Assembly: GCA_965215265.1 (NCBI GenBank)
Contig: OZ244048.1
Span: forward strand, 4,480,001-4,544,000
From: Candidatus Poribacteria bacterium
Lineage (GTDB): Bacteria; Poribacteria; WGA-4E; WGA-3G
Length of the DNA: 64,000 nucleotides
Direction of reading: 5' to 3'
Below the pieces are notes generated by a model that saw nothing but the letters and a program-made list of their open reading frames with translations, made no database searches and was not told the origin of the DNA. The position numbers and the translations under genes are program-made. Below, one piece after another: positions 1-10,798 of the stretch. The stretch's first letter is position 1, and the number at the start of each line of letters is the position of its first letter.

Positions 1-2
1 TC

Positions 3-509
3 ACTATAGAACACAATCTGCCGTTCAAAATTCATACGGGTTACTACGCCGGAAACGACAGAATGCCGGTGCGACGTATCCCCGCCGGGAATATGTGTGC
101 CTTGTTCGCACGTTACTTAGATGCCAAGTTTGTCCTCATGCACATTGCATATCCGTACAACGATGAACTCGTCGCCCTCGCAAAACATTACCGCAACATC
201 TGGGTTGACTTCTGTTGGGCATGGAGCATAGATCCGTACAGCTCGCGCGATTTCCTGAGACGGTGTATCCATGCTGTTCCATCAAATAAACTTTTCGCTT
301 TCGGCGGTGACACCGGATGGCCCACCAGCGCGATGGCATACGCTATCCAAGCGAGAAACGAAATCCGACGCGCACTCGAAGCAGAAATCGCTGACGGATA
401 CCTAACAGAAAAACAGGCAATAGAATTGGCAACGCGAATTATGCACGATAATCAATACGCCTGCTTCGATCTTGAAAGCACGCGGAACAATATCAAAAAA
501 GCCGCGTGA
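3..509 (+). CDS. Amidohydrolase-family (TIM-barrel metallohydrolase) protein, 5'-truncated by window edge
   Basis: Frame is open from base 3 (…LPFKIHTGYY…); LMHIAYP and FGGD motifs typical of Amidohydro_2. Confidence 0.75.
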   Translation, partial: TIEHNLPFKIHTGYYAGNDRMPVRRIPAGNMCALFARYLDAKFVLMHIAYPYNDELVALAKHYRNIWVDFCWAWSIDPYSSRDFLRRCIHAVPSNKLFAFGGDTGWPTSAMAYAIQARNEIRRALEAEIADGYLTEKQAIELATRIMHDNQYACFDLESTRNNIKKAA

Positions 510-523
510 TAACATCGCCAGAT

Positions 524-566
524 AAAAGTTTGTAGCAGCAGTGCAAACTCGCTGCTACAAACTTTA
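524..566. terminator. Bidirectional hairpin terminator between convergent genes
   Basis: AAAGTTTGTAGCAGC…GCTGCTACAAACTTT inverted repeat between two stop codons. Confidence 0.7.
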
Positions 567-1598
567 TCGAAAGGCACTGAGACTGGTTGTATAGGGCGGA
601 CGGGCCACCCCTTTTTCAGTAATAATTGCTGTAACTAATGCCGCCGGGGTCACATCAAATGCAGGGCTATAAACCTTCACCCCTGCAGGGGCAGTGCTCT
701 TTCCAAAGCCCTCTGTCACTTCTTCAGCAGCGCGCTGTTCAATCGGAATCTCTTCCCCAGTCTGAAGTGAGAAGTCCAACGTTGAAGTTGGTGCAGCAAC
801 GTAAAAAGGGATATCGTGTGCCTCTGCAAGGATTGCCACATTGTAAGTCCCGATCTTGTTTGCAGTATCACCGTTCGCGGCGATGCGATCTGCACCGACG
901 ATAACGCATTGGATTTTGCCTTCTTTCATCACTTGTGCCGCCATGTTGTCACAGATTAACGTGACATCTATACCCGCTTGCATCAGTTCCCACGTTGTCA
1001 GGCGTGCACCTTGTAAAAGTGGACGCGTCTCATCTGCGTAAACCTGTATCTGCATGCCGGCTTCCTGTGCGCTGAACATAATTGCCAGTGCGGTACCATA
1101 ATCCGATGTTGCCAAGCCGCCGGCGTTACAATGCGTGAGAATCGTGTCGTTTTCATTCAACAATTCTATACCGTGCTGACCAATTGCCCGACACATCGCC
1201 CTATCTTCCTCAATAATTTCCAACGCTTCAGAGAGTAACACGTTTTTGAGCTCACGAATCTCCAGATGGCTGTTTTTCTCAGCAGCCCGCGTTATCCTAT
1301 CCAGAGCCCAAAAAAGATTAACAGCTGTTGGGCGCGACGTAGCCAAGTAATCTGTTGCCGATTTTAATTCCGCCGCGAATTCCTCGTACGTTGTCGCTGT
1401 GGAGTGCCAAATGCCGAGGACTGCTCCTAATGCGCCTGCAATACCAATCGCAGGTGCACCGCGCACCCGCAACGATTTAATCGCCTCCCATACTGACTGG
1501 AGCTCATCACAATAGATCTGCTTAAATTCAGCGGGCAGCAATGTCTGATCTATCATCCGAATTCTACCATCTGCCCATTCAATAGTTGAAATTGCCAT
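564..1598 (-). CDS. mtnA: S-methyl-5-thioribose-1-phosphate isomerase
   Basis: VRGAPAIG, SRPTAVNL, THCNAGGLAT, ETRPLLQGARLT and GDTANKIGT motifs. Confidence 0.95.
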   Translation of the reverse strand: MAISTIEWADGRIRMIDQTLLPAEFKQIYCDELQSVWEAIKSLRVRGAPAIGIAGALGAVLGIWHSTATTYEEFAAELKSATDYLATSRPTAVNLFWALDRITRAAEKNSHLEIRELKNVLLSEALEIIEEDRAMCRAIGQHGIELLNENDTILTHCNAGGLATSDYGTALAIMFSAQEAGMQIQVYADETRPLLQGARLTTWELMQAGIDVTLICDNMAAQVMKEGKIQCVIVGADRIAANGDTANKIGTYNVAILAEAHDIPFYVAAPTSTLDFSLQTGEEIPIEQRAAEEVTEGFGKSTAPAGVKVYSPAFDVTPAALVTAIITEKGVARPPYTTSLSAFR

Positions 1599-1779
1599 GA
1601 TGTCGTTCGTTTTCTTCCTTTAACTTGAACAGGATAGCTCACTCCCACGTTGACAAAATTACCTGCCCGAAGGTACTTCTACGATATATTATACCATTTT
1701 TGAAATCCCATTGCAACCTATTTTAAAGTTAAAAGAAGTTGCTACTTTATCCAAAAAGCCATCCCTGATAACCGCTTCG

Positions 1780-3417
1780 CTATATTGGGCATGTCAAATT
1801 TCCGAGTGTATCTGTCAGTCGCAGATTTTCGGCATAGCTAACAGGACAGTCAATCACAGAGGGGACCTTTTGGCTGAAAGCATCCTTGAGAATTGGGACG
1901 AGTTCGTCACTTGCCTTCACGCTATAGCCCTTCGCTCCGAAAGCCTCGGCGTACTTTACAAAATCCGGGTTTGTGAAATCAATATGTGCCGGTCTGCCGA
2001 AGACGTTCATCTGCTTCCATTCAATCAAGCCGTATGCCTCATCATTGAAAATGAGTGTGACAAATGGCACGCCGGTCCGAACCGCAGTTTCCAATTCCTG
2101 CGAATTCATAAGGAATCCACCATCGCCACACACTGCCAAGCAGTTACGTTCTGGATAAATCAGCTTCGCCACAAAAGCACCTGGTACTGCAATACCCATG
2201 GCGGCGAATCCGTTAGAGATAATGCACGTGTTCGGTTGATAACACGGATACATCCGCGCAATCCACATCTTATGTGCACCGACATCGGAGATTAGAATGT
2301 CATCTTCAGAGAGAACCGAACGAATATCACTTAAGATCTTCTGCGGTTTCATCGGAAACGCCTTATCATCACGGTGCTCCGTGAGCTGCTCCAATATAAT
2401 TTTCCGTAACGTATTTGAGGCGTAAGCCGGGTCTTTCGCCTCAATTTCCTCATTTAAGAGATGCATAAGACTCTGTTTAATGTTGCCTACCATTTCCACA
2501 TCGGTTACGTAAGCTGCATCCGTTTCGCTGGGTTCTGTATCGATATGGATTATTTTTTTATCATGAGTTGGATTCCAGTGGCGCGGATGGTATTCAACAA
2601 TATCATATCCGATCGCAATCACCAGATCTGCCCGGTCAAATCCGCAGGAGACAAAATCGCGCGCTTGTAGCCCTACAGTCAGTAGGGAAAGCGGGTGGGT
2701 CCACGGGATGCTCCCTTTGCCCATAAATGTGTGGGCGACTGGAATATTGGTCTTCTCCGCAAATTGGGTTAGGATTTTGGATGCACCTTGACGAACGGCA
2801 CCGTTTCCAGCAAGGATAATCGGCTGTTTCGCATCTCTAATCAATTGCACCGCACGTTTCAAACAGGCATCGACCGGTTCCGCCTCGCTCGGGAAATCGT
2901 GCGAAAGCGGTTCTGCATCGATTTGCATTTTGGCCACATCTTCCGGAAAATCGATGTGGGTTGCACCCGGTTTTTCACTCGTGGCAACCTTGAACGCTTT
3001 GCTAATTGATTCCGGGATAATCTCCGGCAAATGAATCAACGTGTTCCACTTCGTCATCGGTTTGAACACAGAGACCACATCCATATATTGGTGAGACTCT
3101 TTGTGCATTCGATCTAATCCTGCTTGTCCGGTGATTGCGACTAGAGGTGCCCTATCCATATTAGCATCTGCAACACCTGTGACGAGGTTCATTGCCCCTG
3201 GACCGAGTGTGGCGAGACATACCCCCGGCCTACCCATCAGCCGTCCATAAACATCCGCCATGAACGCTGCACCGCGTTCATCACGCGTCTGAATAAATTC
3301 AATATCCGATGCCAACAAGGCATCCATCAGATCCAGATTTTCCTCGCCCGGTATCCCAAAAATATACTGTACTTTCTCGTTTTCAAGGCATTTAATAGTC
3401 AATTCCGATGCTTTCAT
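1780..3417 (-). CDS. Acetolactate synthase large subunit-like TPP enzyme
   Basis: FGIPGEEN, TLGPGAMN, GDGGF…N TPP motif; likely start MKASEL at 3417 after a GGAG RBS. Confidence 0.88.
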   Translation of the reverse strand: MKASELTIKCLENEKVQYIFGIPGEENLDLMDALLASDIEFIQTRDERGAAFMADVYGRLMGRPGVCLATLGPGAMNLVTGVADANMDRAPLVAITGQAGLDRMHKESHQYMDVVSVFKPMTKWNTLIHLPEIIPESISKAFKVATSEKPGATHIDFPEDVAKMQIDAEPLSHDFPSEAEPVDACLKRAVQLIRDAKQPIILAGNGAVRQGASKILTQFAEKTNIPVAHTFMGKGSIPWTHPLSLLTVGLQARDFVSCGFDRADLVIAIGYDIVEYHPRHWNPTHDKKIIHIDTEPSETDAAYVTDVEMVGNIKQSLMHLLNEEIEAKDPAYASNTLRKIILEQLTEHRDDKAFPMKPQKILSDIRSVLSEDDILISDVGAHKMWIARMYPCYQPNTCIISNGFAAMGIAVPGAFVAKLIYPERNCLAVCGDGGFLMNSQELETAVRTGVPFVTLIFNDEAYGLIEWKQMNVFGRPAHIDFTNPDFVKYAEAFGAKGYSVKASDELVPILKDAFSQKVPSVIDCPVSYAENLRLTDTLGNLTCPI

Positions 3418-3593
3418 ATTAGTCAACGAGTCTCCTGTTAATGCTTTATTATTAATTGAAGTTTGCCTATTCAACTTTCATCTGATATAATATAATGTAA
3501 TAATTATAACATCTCAGTCTTTTTTTAGCAATTTTAAAATCTGCCAATGAGGCGTTTCTGAAGTACCAATTTTTCGTCTACAGAGCCCGAGGA

Positions 3594-6500
3594 ATGCTCC
3601 TTGGCGTGACACGTGGCTTATACCTTTACAATAATTACAATAACGTGAAAAAAACGCATGTGAATCTTTATCTGCTTTTGCTTTTATCCGCTGCCCTCTC
3701 CATTCTTGGGCAAAACCTACGAGCAGAACAAGTTGTCCAGAGTCCATCCGACACAACACTGTATCAGACCTCCCATGAATTAATTGTGCGGATCCGTGCA
3801 GATACAGACGAGGCGAAGCTACGCACCGTGAGTGCACAACTGGGGGCATCTGCTATCCATCCTGTTTTTTCGCCCCATACCCCTGCCGGTGTACACCCTC
3901 GCCTTCGACGTAATTATCTCATACAGTTTTCCAAACGTTCCATCATACAAAGTACACGCGAACTGCGCAAAAAATACGAAAACTACCAATGGGTGGAAGC
4001 CGTTCAGATGAACTCGCTAAACCAGTTTTTTGCAGAAACAGAATCTAAGGTTACGCCTACAGACCCGGATTACGCAAAGCAGTGGAACCTGAGAATGCTG
4101 AATCTCCCGAAAGCATGGGCAATTGAGCAGGGCGCTCCATCCGTCATCATTGCTGTTGTCGATAGTGGACTTGACATGCAGCATCCTGATCTTCGTTCCC
4201 AACTCTGGCAAAATCGGGGTGAAATACCGGACAACGGTATTGACGATGATGAAAACGGGTACGTTGACGATGTTAAGGGGTGGGATTTTAGCGATGCACC
4301 TACAATGCAAGGGCGCGGCGATTGGACAGAGCGCGACAATCGCCCCGATGACGAAACTGGGCACGGCACCCATGTCGCCGGCATCATCGCTGCCGAACCT
4401 AACAACGGCATTGGTATCGCCGGAGTCGCATGGAACTGCCGACTCATGACTCTCAGAGCAGGCTTTGTTGCAGGTGCTGGGGCGTTTTTACAGAGCGACG
4501 ATGTCGCTGCTGCGATCGTTTATGCCGCTGATAACGGCGCGCAAATCATCAATATGAGCTGGGGCGACCCGGTCAACGTCTTCATTGTGCAAGATGCCGT
4601 TGAATACGCTTATCAGCGCGGGTGTATATTGGTGGCAGCTGCCGGCAACAGCGGTGAAGCTAGCTCTTATTATCCTGCCGCACTGAAATCTGTTATCTCC
4701 GTTGCTGCCCTACAACAAAACGGTCAGCTATGGGGAAATTCTCACTTTGGTGCGACAGTCGATATTGCCGCCCCAGGCGATGAAATTTTCAGTACGGTGC
4801 CCGGTGGAAATTACCGGACCAGATCCGGCACCTCAATGGCTGCGCCGCACGTAGCTGGTGTAACGGCCCTAATACTTTCGACGAATTCGACCTGCCCGAA
4901 CAAGGAAATTCTTCAGTTACTCACTGCAGGTTCACTATATCCACTTGATAGCCTTGGCGGCACCGGTCTACTTGATGCCCATATTGTTCTCATCTCTTCA
5001 ACTGGACTCATCGCGCAACTTGATGTGAAACAAGGGGTTGCAATGCAGAATAACGGTGCAGAAACGCCACGCTCAGTCAATAAAATAGAAATCTTTGGCA
5101 GTGCCGGCGGCACTCGATTTGTCGAATACCACCTCGAGTTCGGAAAGGGCGAAACGCCCGACTTCTGGTATCCTCTCGGAACGTCACATAAGCAGCCGAG
5201 GTTTAATGCCCTCCTCTACGAGTGGGACGTTTCTTATTTGGCAGAAGGCAAGTACACCCTACGTCTCCGCGTTCAACCCGAAACGGGAATTACCGTCACT
5301 GACAAAGCAGTTGTTGAAGTCAGTCGTACTCCACCGGCTATTTCCAAACATGAATCAGAAGGATGGTTTGTGCAGCATCGGATTGAGAATGTTATTATCT
5401 GGCAAACAGATGTGTTGACTATCGGAGCAATAGAGATTGGAGCTGTTGATGTTCTTTCCGTGCTGCAACGCAATGATCTGAACACACGAATAGTACGCTC
5501 AGATTCAGTGAATACACGACACCTGATAGACGTATCCGATTTAGGGTTACCCCCAGGCGAATACTTGTACCGTCTTATCGCACAAAATCGTGCCGGAATT
5601 CAGACATTTGATGACAATAACGGAGAGCTCTATCAAATCACCATGCGTGATGATTACATTCAGCAATCTTACTTGACTCAGGTGGCTTCTCTTAATCGCA
5701 GTTTGCACGCCATTAAGGGAGCAGACATGAATGCAAACGGCAAAATAGAACTCATCACAACGAAGATAGAGGCAGTTGGCTGGACACCTCCGCACGTTTT
5801 TGAGATGGATACTAACGGAGAATACCAGAAACTCTTTACGCTACTGGAACCGATGTACCCGTGGGAAACTGCCGATACAGATATGGATGGGCTCTTTGAA
5901 ATATTGGGTAACGCGTCTGCCGGAACGTTTTTGTTAGAGCAAGCCGAGCCGGGTAAATTTCCGACAGAACGCATCTGGAACGTACCTGAATTATGGGGCG
6001 GAAAAATCGCTGAATTAGATGGAGACGGGACACCCGAAATCTTTTCACGGCACACGCCTACCGAGGCTATCGCCGTCTATGAAGCTGCTGGAAATAATAG
6101 GTATCACAACACCGCGATGCTGAAAAATCCGACACGAGGCAGCAATATCATCGGAACAAATTTTGCCACCGGTGATTTTGATGGCGATGGACGTACGGAA
6201 ATTTTAGCAGGGGACACCGATGCAGATATCTTTGTATACGAAGCAGTTGGAGATAACCAGTACCGACAGAAATGGTACGGCACGCTCACCGAGGGCATAC
6301 CGCAACTCTTTGCTGCAGGAGATATGGATGGCGATGGACGTGATGAGTTCGCTGTTGGCGCAAAGACATGGACAGCCGATTCTGATCCGGCGCGCCACCA
6401 TTGGCGCATCACTCTCTTTAGTGCAGATACACCACAAAAAAACGGTCATTATCGCCCTGCATGGACCCAAAGAATTCGAAATGCCAACAGTGGAGGGAAC

Positions 6501-7583
6501 GGTATTACAATCGCTGACGCTGACAACGACGGTAGAAACGAATTATGTATCGCTGTCCCGCCCAATTTCTATCTCATTCAACACGATGGAACGGACTACG
6601 TCCCTATCTGGCATCATTCCGCCAGCAGCACTTTAAATCCAATCGTCGCAGACCTGGACAGCGACGGCATGAATGAACTCCTATTTAGTGAAAATCAACG
6701 CTTGTCTGTTTTCAATCGAGAGCCCGCACAGCAATCATTCTTGTCTGCACCTTGGGGTATTACTGCAAAGCCTATTGACGAAACCTCCGTTCGTATTGAA
6801 TGGCACGCATCGCCCAATGCACAAACGCATACTATCTACCGTGGATGCACGGCAGAATCGCTTGTTCTGCACGCCATAACCAAAGAAGAATTAACGAAAC
6901 ATTTTATAGATACGGGGCTCAAGACCGGCGAAACCTATTGGTACGCGCTTGCGTCACAAAACTCATATGGACACCCCTCGCCGAAATCTAAACCGGTACC
7001 TGTCATGCCAACCGCGCAGCCGAGGCTGACTTCGGCAAGGTACTCGCCACCCAACCAACTCGCATTACGATTTGATAAATCGATGGAAAGCAGAGCAGCG
7101 CACCCTGGGCGGTACCTGTTGCGAAAACTTGACCCTGCAGATGTTATCAACAGCACTTTTACGCCGCAATCCGCCATTCTTGATAAGTCACGACAGCGAG
7201 TTATCCTAACATTTCCTGCGAGTACCTTTCAGTTATCCAATCGCTACCGAATTGAAACGCTACAACTGAGCGACATACACGGGGCACCCATCGCAGAAGA
7301 TGCAAAGATGCTAACGCTAACCCTCGGTACACAGACACTCACAGACGCAATTGTCTATCCAAATCCAACCCGGTGCAACCAGATTACGTTTGATAAATTA
7401 CCTGAGGGAACCCGCATCGGCATCTACGATTTAGAGGGCAACCGGATCTCCGTGCTTACCACAAAAGCCATTGATCAGGGCAGAAAGGTTTGGCATCCAA
7501 TCAATATCAGCAGTGGCATTTATATCTATGTCCTTGAAACGGATGCGGCGCGGCGCGTGGGTAAACTTGCTATAATCCGCTGA
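3594..7583 (+). CDS. Secreted S8 (subtilisin) peptidase with FG-GAP repeats, FN3-like domain and T9SS/FlgD-like C-terminal domain
   Basis: Catalytic triad motifs VVDSG, GHGTHVAG and GTSMAAP; several D-x-D-G-D-G repeats; C-terminus VYPNP…IYDLEG…SGIYIY…KLAIIR; start uncertain. Confidence 0.9.
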   Translation: MLLGVTRGLYLYNNYNNVKKTHVNLYLLLLLSAALSILGQNLRAEQVVQSPSDTTLYQTSHELIVRIRADTDEAKLRTVSAQLGASAIHPVFSPHTPAGVHPRLRRNYLIQFSKRSIIQSTRELRKKYENYQWVEAVQMNSLNQFFAETESKVTPTDPDYAKQWNLRMLNLPKAWAIEQGAPSVIIAVVDSGLDMQHPDLRSQLWQNRGEIPDNGIDDDENGYVDDVKGWDFSDAPTMQGRGDWTERDNRPDDETGHGTHVAGIIAAEPNNGIGIAGVAWNCRLMTLRAGFVAGAGAFLQSDDVAAAIVYAADNGAQIINMSWGDPVNVFIVQDAVEYAYQRGCILVAAAGNSGEASSYYPAALKSVISVAALQQNGQLWGNSHFGATVDIAAPGDEIFSTVPGGNYRTRSGTSMAAPHVAGVTALILSTNSTCPNKEILQLLTAGSLYPLDSLGGTGLLDAHIVLISSTGLIAQLDVKQGVAMQNNGAETPRSVNKIEIFGSAGGTRFVEYHLEFGKGETPDFWYPLGTSHKQPRFNALLYEWDVSYLAEGKYTLRLRVQPETGITVTDKAVVEVSRTPPAISKHESEGWFVQHRIENVIIWQTDVLTIGAIEIGAVDVLSVLQRNDLNTRIVRSDSVNTRHLIDVSDLGLPPGEYLYRLIAQNRAGIQTFDDNNGELYQITMRDDYIQQSYLTQVASLNRSLHAIKGADMNANGKIELITTKIEAVGWTPPHVFEMDTNGEYQKLFTLLEPMYPWETADTDMDGLFEILGNASAGTFLLEQAEPGKFPTERIWNVPELWGGKIAELDGDGTPEIFSRHTPTEAIAVYEAAGNNRYHNTAMLKNPTRGSNIIGTNFATGDFDGDGRTEILAGDTDADIFVYEAVGDNQYRQKWYGTLTEGIPQLFAAGDMDGDGRDEFAVGAKTWTADSDPARHHWRITLFSADTPQKNGHYRPAWTQRIRNANSGGNGITIADADNDGRNELCIAVPPNFYLIQHDGTDYVPIWHHSASSTLNPIVADLDSDGMNELLFSENQRLSVFNREPAQQSFLSAPWGITAKPIDETSVRIEWHASPNAQTHTIYRGCTAESLVLHAITKEELTKHFIDTGLKTGETYWYALASQNSYGHPSPKSKPVPVMPTAQPRLTSARYSPPNQLALRFDKSMESRAAHPGRYLLRKLDPADVINSTFTPQSAILDKSRQRVILTFPASTFQLSNRYRIETLQLSDIHGAPIAEDAKMLTLTLGTQTLTDAIVYPNPTRCNQITFDKLPEGTRIGIYDLEGNRISVLTTKAIDQGRKVWHPINISSGIYIYVLETDAARRVGKLAIIR

Positions 7584-7670
7584 AGCGTTTAGTGTAAGCC
7601 TATTTGCAGCAAGGCACAGCGAAACAATGCAAGGCACTAAACTGAAAATAGCGAAAAAAAGGCTCATCCG

Positions 7671-7830
7671 TCACTCCGATACAAATTGGTAATTATTCTG
7701 ATATAAAGCTTCCTGTCCGGACTCCAAGGCGGATTGTTGGATTTCTCGGAGCATCTCAATATGATCTTGGAGTGCTGCTATAGGTTCAGGGTAGTCGAAT
7801 TTGGAGAGGAGTCTTAGCTGTGCTTCCAAA
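7671..7830 (-). pseudogene. C-terminal fragment of a hypothetical (partner-type) gene
   Basis: Short open frame LEAQLRLLSKFDYPEPIAALQDHIEMLREIQQSALESG…* fused directly to a promoter remnant. Confidence 0.35.
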
Positions 7831-7940
7831 TCTCATCACGTGCGCCGTTGCTAATTCAATAATGTGCAATCTCTATGACAATTCACCGCACTATAAAGTA
7901 GACATCGAAAATGCGTGAGTGCCGCAAGGCAAAACCGATT
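7824..7940 (-). repeat. Truncated copy of the cassette promoter module (degenerate sigma54 site TGTCATAGAGATTGCA at 7865-7880)
   Basis: Near-identical to 14083-14200 (TTCCAAATCTCATCAC…CTATGACAATTCACCGCACTATAAAGTAGACATCGAAAA). Confidence 0.8.
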
Positions 7941-7959
7941 CCTCCAATCGGTTACTTCC

Positions 7960-8065
7960 AGATGTACCAGGCTTCTCCTGGATAATCCACGTCGACTTGA
8001 ATCCAAGCAGTAGTTTTCAACGTGCCAGCTTCATCTTCAGACTTCCGTCTCCCGAACACCCCATG
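7960..8065 (-). pseudogene. Fragment of the secreted protein encoded at 10799-11353
   Basis: Near-identical to ~11132-11236 (HGVFGRRKxEDEAGTLKTTAWxQVDVDYPGEAWY). Confidence 0.8.
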
Positions 8066-8821
8066 CTAAGGTAGGTCTAAAAATGTGTAGGGATGGATAC
8101 CCCCTTCTTCATAGGAAAGCGCTTTTATGTCTAATGGAATGTCCGCTTCGGTGAAACGGACTCCTCTCTCCTCTTCAATAGCTCGAATCCGATCGCAAGC
8201 ATCTGGATCGCCTGACATGTCGCTGATATATTTTCTACGGCCATTGTCTGCCCATTCTACATAGACGGTGTCTGAAATCATTGGGTATACCAAGCCGTTC
8301 TCCATTATAGACCCCATAACATCTACCCCTTGATGTGCCAGTTTTATCTCAACGCGTGCCATGAGTTCATGGTTTGCGGAGATGCATGGCCATGTCTCAT
8401 CGATGGGCCATCCTGCAGGCAATTCGGGATAGGGTCCAAAGCCATAGGGCGAGACCGGTACATCAACTGAGTCTTCATCACCTGTCGCGGTAGATTTAAA
8501 ACCATCCACCGAATCTGTGTGAGCCTCCGATTCCATCGGCGGCGTGTCTGTGCCAGCTACTCCCTCGGGCGTGTCATTAGTTTCAAGAGGCATAGTTTCC
8601 GCTTGTCTAGGGACCTCGGTATCTGTCGGAACACCAACATCTTATGCGGTGCGTGTTTCTTTTTTCGTTTCTAGCTGCTGTAGAAACTGCTGGTGTTTCG
8701 CGTCCGCGTCCTGAATGGCACGGTTTTCATGCCATCTATAGAAGAGGCTTCCGCCAACCATGAGAATGCAAAAAAAGAGACAGACGAGGACCCCTTTATT
8801 TGTGAGAATGTCGCGTAGCAT
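8066..8821 (-). pseudogene. GFGPYPE-motif membrane-anchored protein, paralog 1, premature stop
   Basis: ATG at 8821 (MLRDILTNKGVLVCLFFCILMVGGSLFY…) is in frame with ORF 8066-8593; TAA at 8642-8644. Confidence 0.8.
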
Positions 8822-9071
8822 AAGTCACTCCATAGGGTTATAATTCCCCAGAAGGGAATCGGTTAAAAATCGTAAAGAGACTTCCGTTTTCAAGTTAAGG
8901 CGCTGCATTGTCAAAAGGCATCAGAAGGTTTTTCGAGAACGTGAAAATGCGTTTGTGAATACTAGCTGAGCCGGTATCAGACTCTCCATAAAGGATTGAA
9001 ATGCACCTTCACTTCATTCTCTACGTCCTAGAAGTAGTCCCGTTCCATCAATCAGCGGATGTCTTAAAATA

Positions 9072-9458
9072 TCACTGCTTGAGTTTAGCAAACTTCTTTC
9101 GTAGTGAGCGAAGGTCTAATCTATCCTGTGCTAACCCCCAGATAATCCCGAGTGCTGGACCTACCCATAAGAAACCTATTATTCCCGTGCGAGCGACAAG
9201 CACAAATCTGTCTGCCAGATCTTTGTTGTTGCCTTCATAGCTTTCAAGTTCCTGTGCGATGCTGTAGAATTCAAGTAGATCGCCATCCATTCGTTCATTT
9301 ATATAGTAACCTTCGAGAGTGTTGAGATTGTCTGTTTTAGTATAAAAGATAAAAGCGAGCATGATAAGCCATAGGTACCCCGCTAAAATGCCCAACAAAA
9401 CCCTAATAAAAAAAATTAGGAAAAACAAAGAAATAGATTTGAGTCTCTGTATGAACAT
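9072..9458 (-). CDS. Small two-TM membrane protein, hypothetical
   Basis: 128-aa ORF with two hydrophobic segments and a basic C-terminus. Confidence 0.6.
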   Translation of the reverse strand: MFIQRLKSISLFFLIFFIRVLLGILAGYLWLIMLAFIFYTKTDNLNTLEGYYINERMDGDLLEFYSIAQELESYEGNNKDLADRFVLVARTGIIGFLWVGPALGIIWGLAQDRLDLRSLRKKFAKLKQ

Positions 9459-9538
9459 AATTTTTAGATTTCAAAGAGAATTGAGAGGCGAGTCTCGGAG
9501 AGTTTTCCAGATTCTAAGTAGCCGTCGCCTCTCAGAAA

Positions 9539-9664
9539 TTAGTTAACGTCTGCGGCAGATTTATATCCAGAGTTACTCCCAGAACCAGAGTTTCTGTTAT
9601 AGGCCTAAATAGATGTTCCGCCGAGGAGGCCAAGTAATAGAGCATAAGATAGTATGTGTTTCAG
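9539..9664 (-). pseudogene. Remnant of a secreted protein gene (signal peptide paralogous to the 11353 gene)
   Basis: (C)TG KHILSYALLLGLLGGTSI*AYN versus MKRILSYVLLLALFGGTSIWAYN; TGG>TAG at 9605-9607. Confidence 0.65.
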
Positions 9665-10413
9665 GGTTTATTTCCTAAATCTAAAAAAGTGTAGGGGTCA
9701 ATACCCCCTTCTTCGTAAGAAACAATTTGAATGTCTGCCGGAATGTTCGCCTCGTTAAAATTGTCGCCTCTCGCTTCTATGATGCTTTCCGGACGATTAC
9801 AAGCCACCGGATCGCCCGCCATTTCGGAGATATATCTTTCGTCTGTCTCTTCATCCCATCTGATGTAGACTGTGTTGTCAATCGTCGGATATACCAAGCC
9901 GTCTTCCATTATGGCACCGAATGCATTTATCCCTTGGGCGATGAGTTTTATCTGGACTCGGATCATTAATTCATGATCCGGAGATTTTCGAGGCCATATA
10001 TCAGCAGGCCATCCTGCAGGCAATTCGGGATAGGGTCCAAAGCCATAGGGCGAGATGAGCGTCTCCGCCGTATCTTCTTCCGCGTCATCCGGTAAGAACG
10101 GCTCCGCGATGTCAAGGGTCTCGGGCTCGTTGGAGACCGCCTCAGGCTCATCGGACATCGGTGTGTCGGTGTTTTCCTCGGGCATGTCTACAAAACCGGG
10201 TGTCTCATCCGCTGCTGGAACGCTAACCGCTTGTGCAGGGGGCGTCTTGTTTTTATTCTCGAGTGCTTGCACGGTGCGTTTTATCGGTGACAGGTTCGCT
10301 GCCGTGGTGCGCCGGATGTGCCAACTATAAAGTTGAACGCCTCCAACAACCAGCACGAAGAAAAAGAGTCCGGCTTGAATAGCACGGCTTGACAGTAAAT
10401 CCCTCAACATCAT
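9661..10413 (-). CDS. GFGPYPE-motif membrane-anchored protein, paralog 2
   Basis: N-terminal TM, acidic Pro-rich linker, SPYGFGPYPELPAGWP motif, C-terminal YEEGGIDPYTFLDL. Confidence 0.85.
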   Translation of the reverse strand: MMLRDLLSSRAIQAGLFFFVLVVGGVQLYSWHIRRTTAANLSPIKRTVQALENKNKTPPAQAVSVPAADETPGFVDMPEENTDTPMSDEPEAVSNEPETLDIAEPFLPDDAEEDTAETLISPYGFGPYPELPAGWPADIWPRKSPDHELMIRVQIKLIAQGINAFGAIMEDGLVYPTIDNTVYIRWDEETDERYISEMAGDPVACNRPESIIEARGDNFNEANIPADIQIVSYEEGGIDPYTFLDLGNKP

Positions 10414-10695
10414 ATCACCTCTCTCATATTAGCCCTCTGTTTGTGAGATTATAGAAATGTCATATTCGATTCAAATTAGGTTTCTCTACCTTTTCCCTCG
10501 CCATCTCCGACCCCGCCGATTAACCTTTACTGCTATGTTTTGAGTTTCCCCCAACGGGTCGCGAGTTGGTTTATCGGTTGAACAGAATAAATCTTGTTTG
10601 TCCATTCAAGTATTGGCACACCGTCCGGATACATTTCTAAAATTTCTGTTGTGTCAAACCCATCCAGAGACACGGCAAAATATTGACTTTGACAC

Positions 10696-10741
10696 CTACA
10701 TCAGATATGTTGGGGAGAAGCCCCCAATATATCTGATGTAG
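10696..10741. terminator. Strong hairpin downstream of secreted-protein gene
   Basis: CTACATCAGATATGTTGGGG…CCCCAATATATCTGATGTAG. Confidence 0.6.
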
Positions 10742-10798
10742 ATAGTCCCCTTGATGGGTCCCTAGAACAACGTAGATGGAGATGTCTGTGACAGAATT

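Noticed and set aside
1711-2295. Long antisense ORFs (also 29125-29781, 36274-36834, 50306-50929)
   Set aside because: Shadow or alternative frames of well-supported genes
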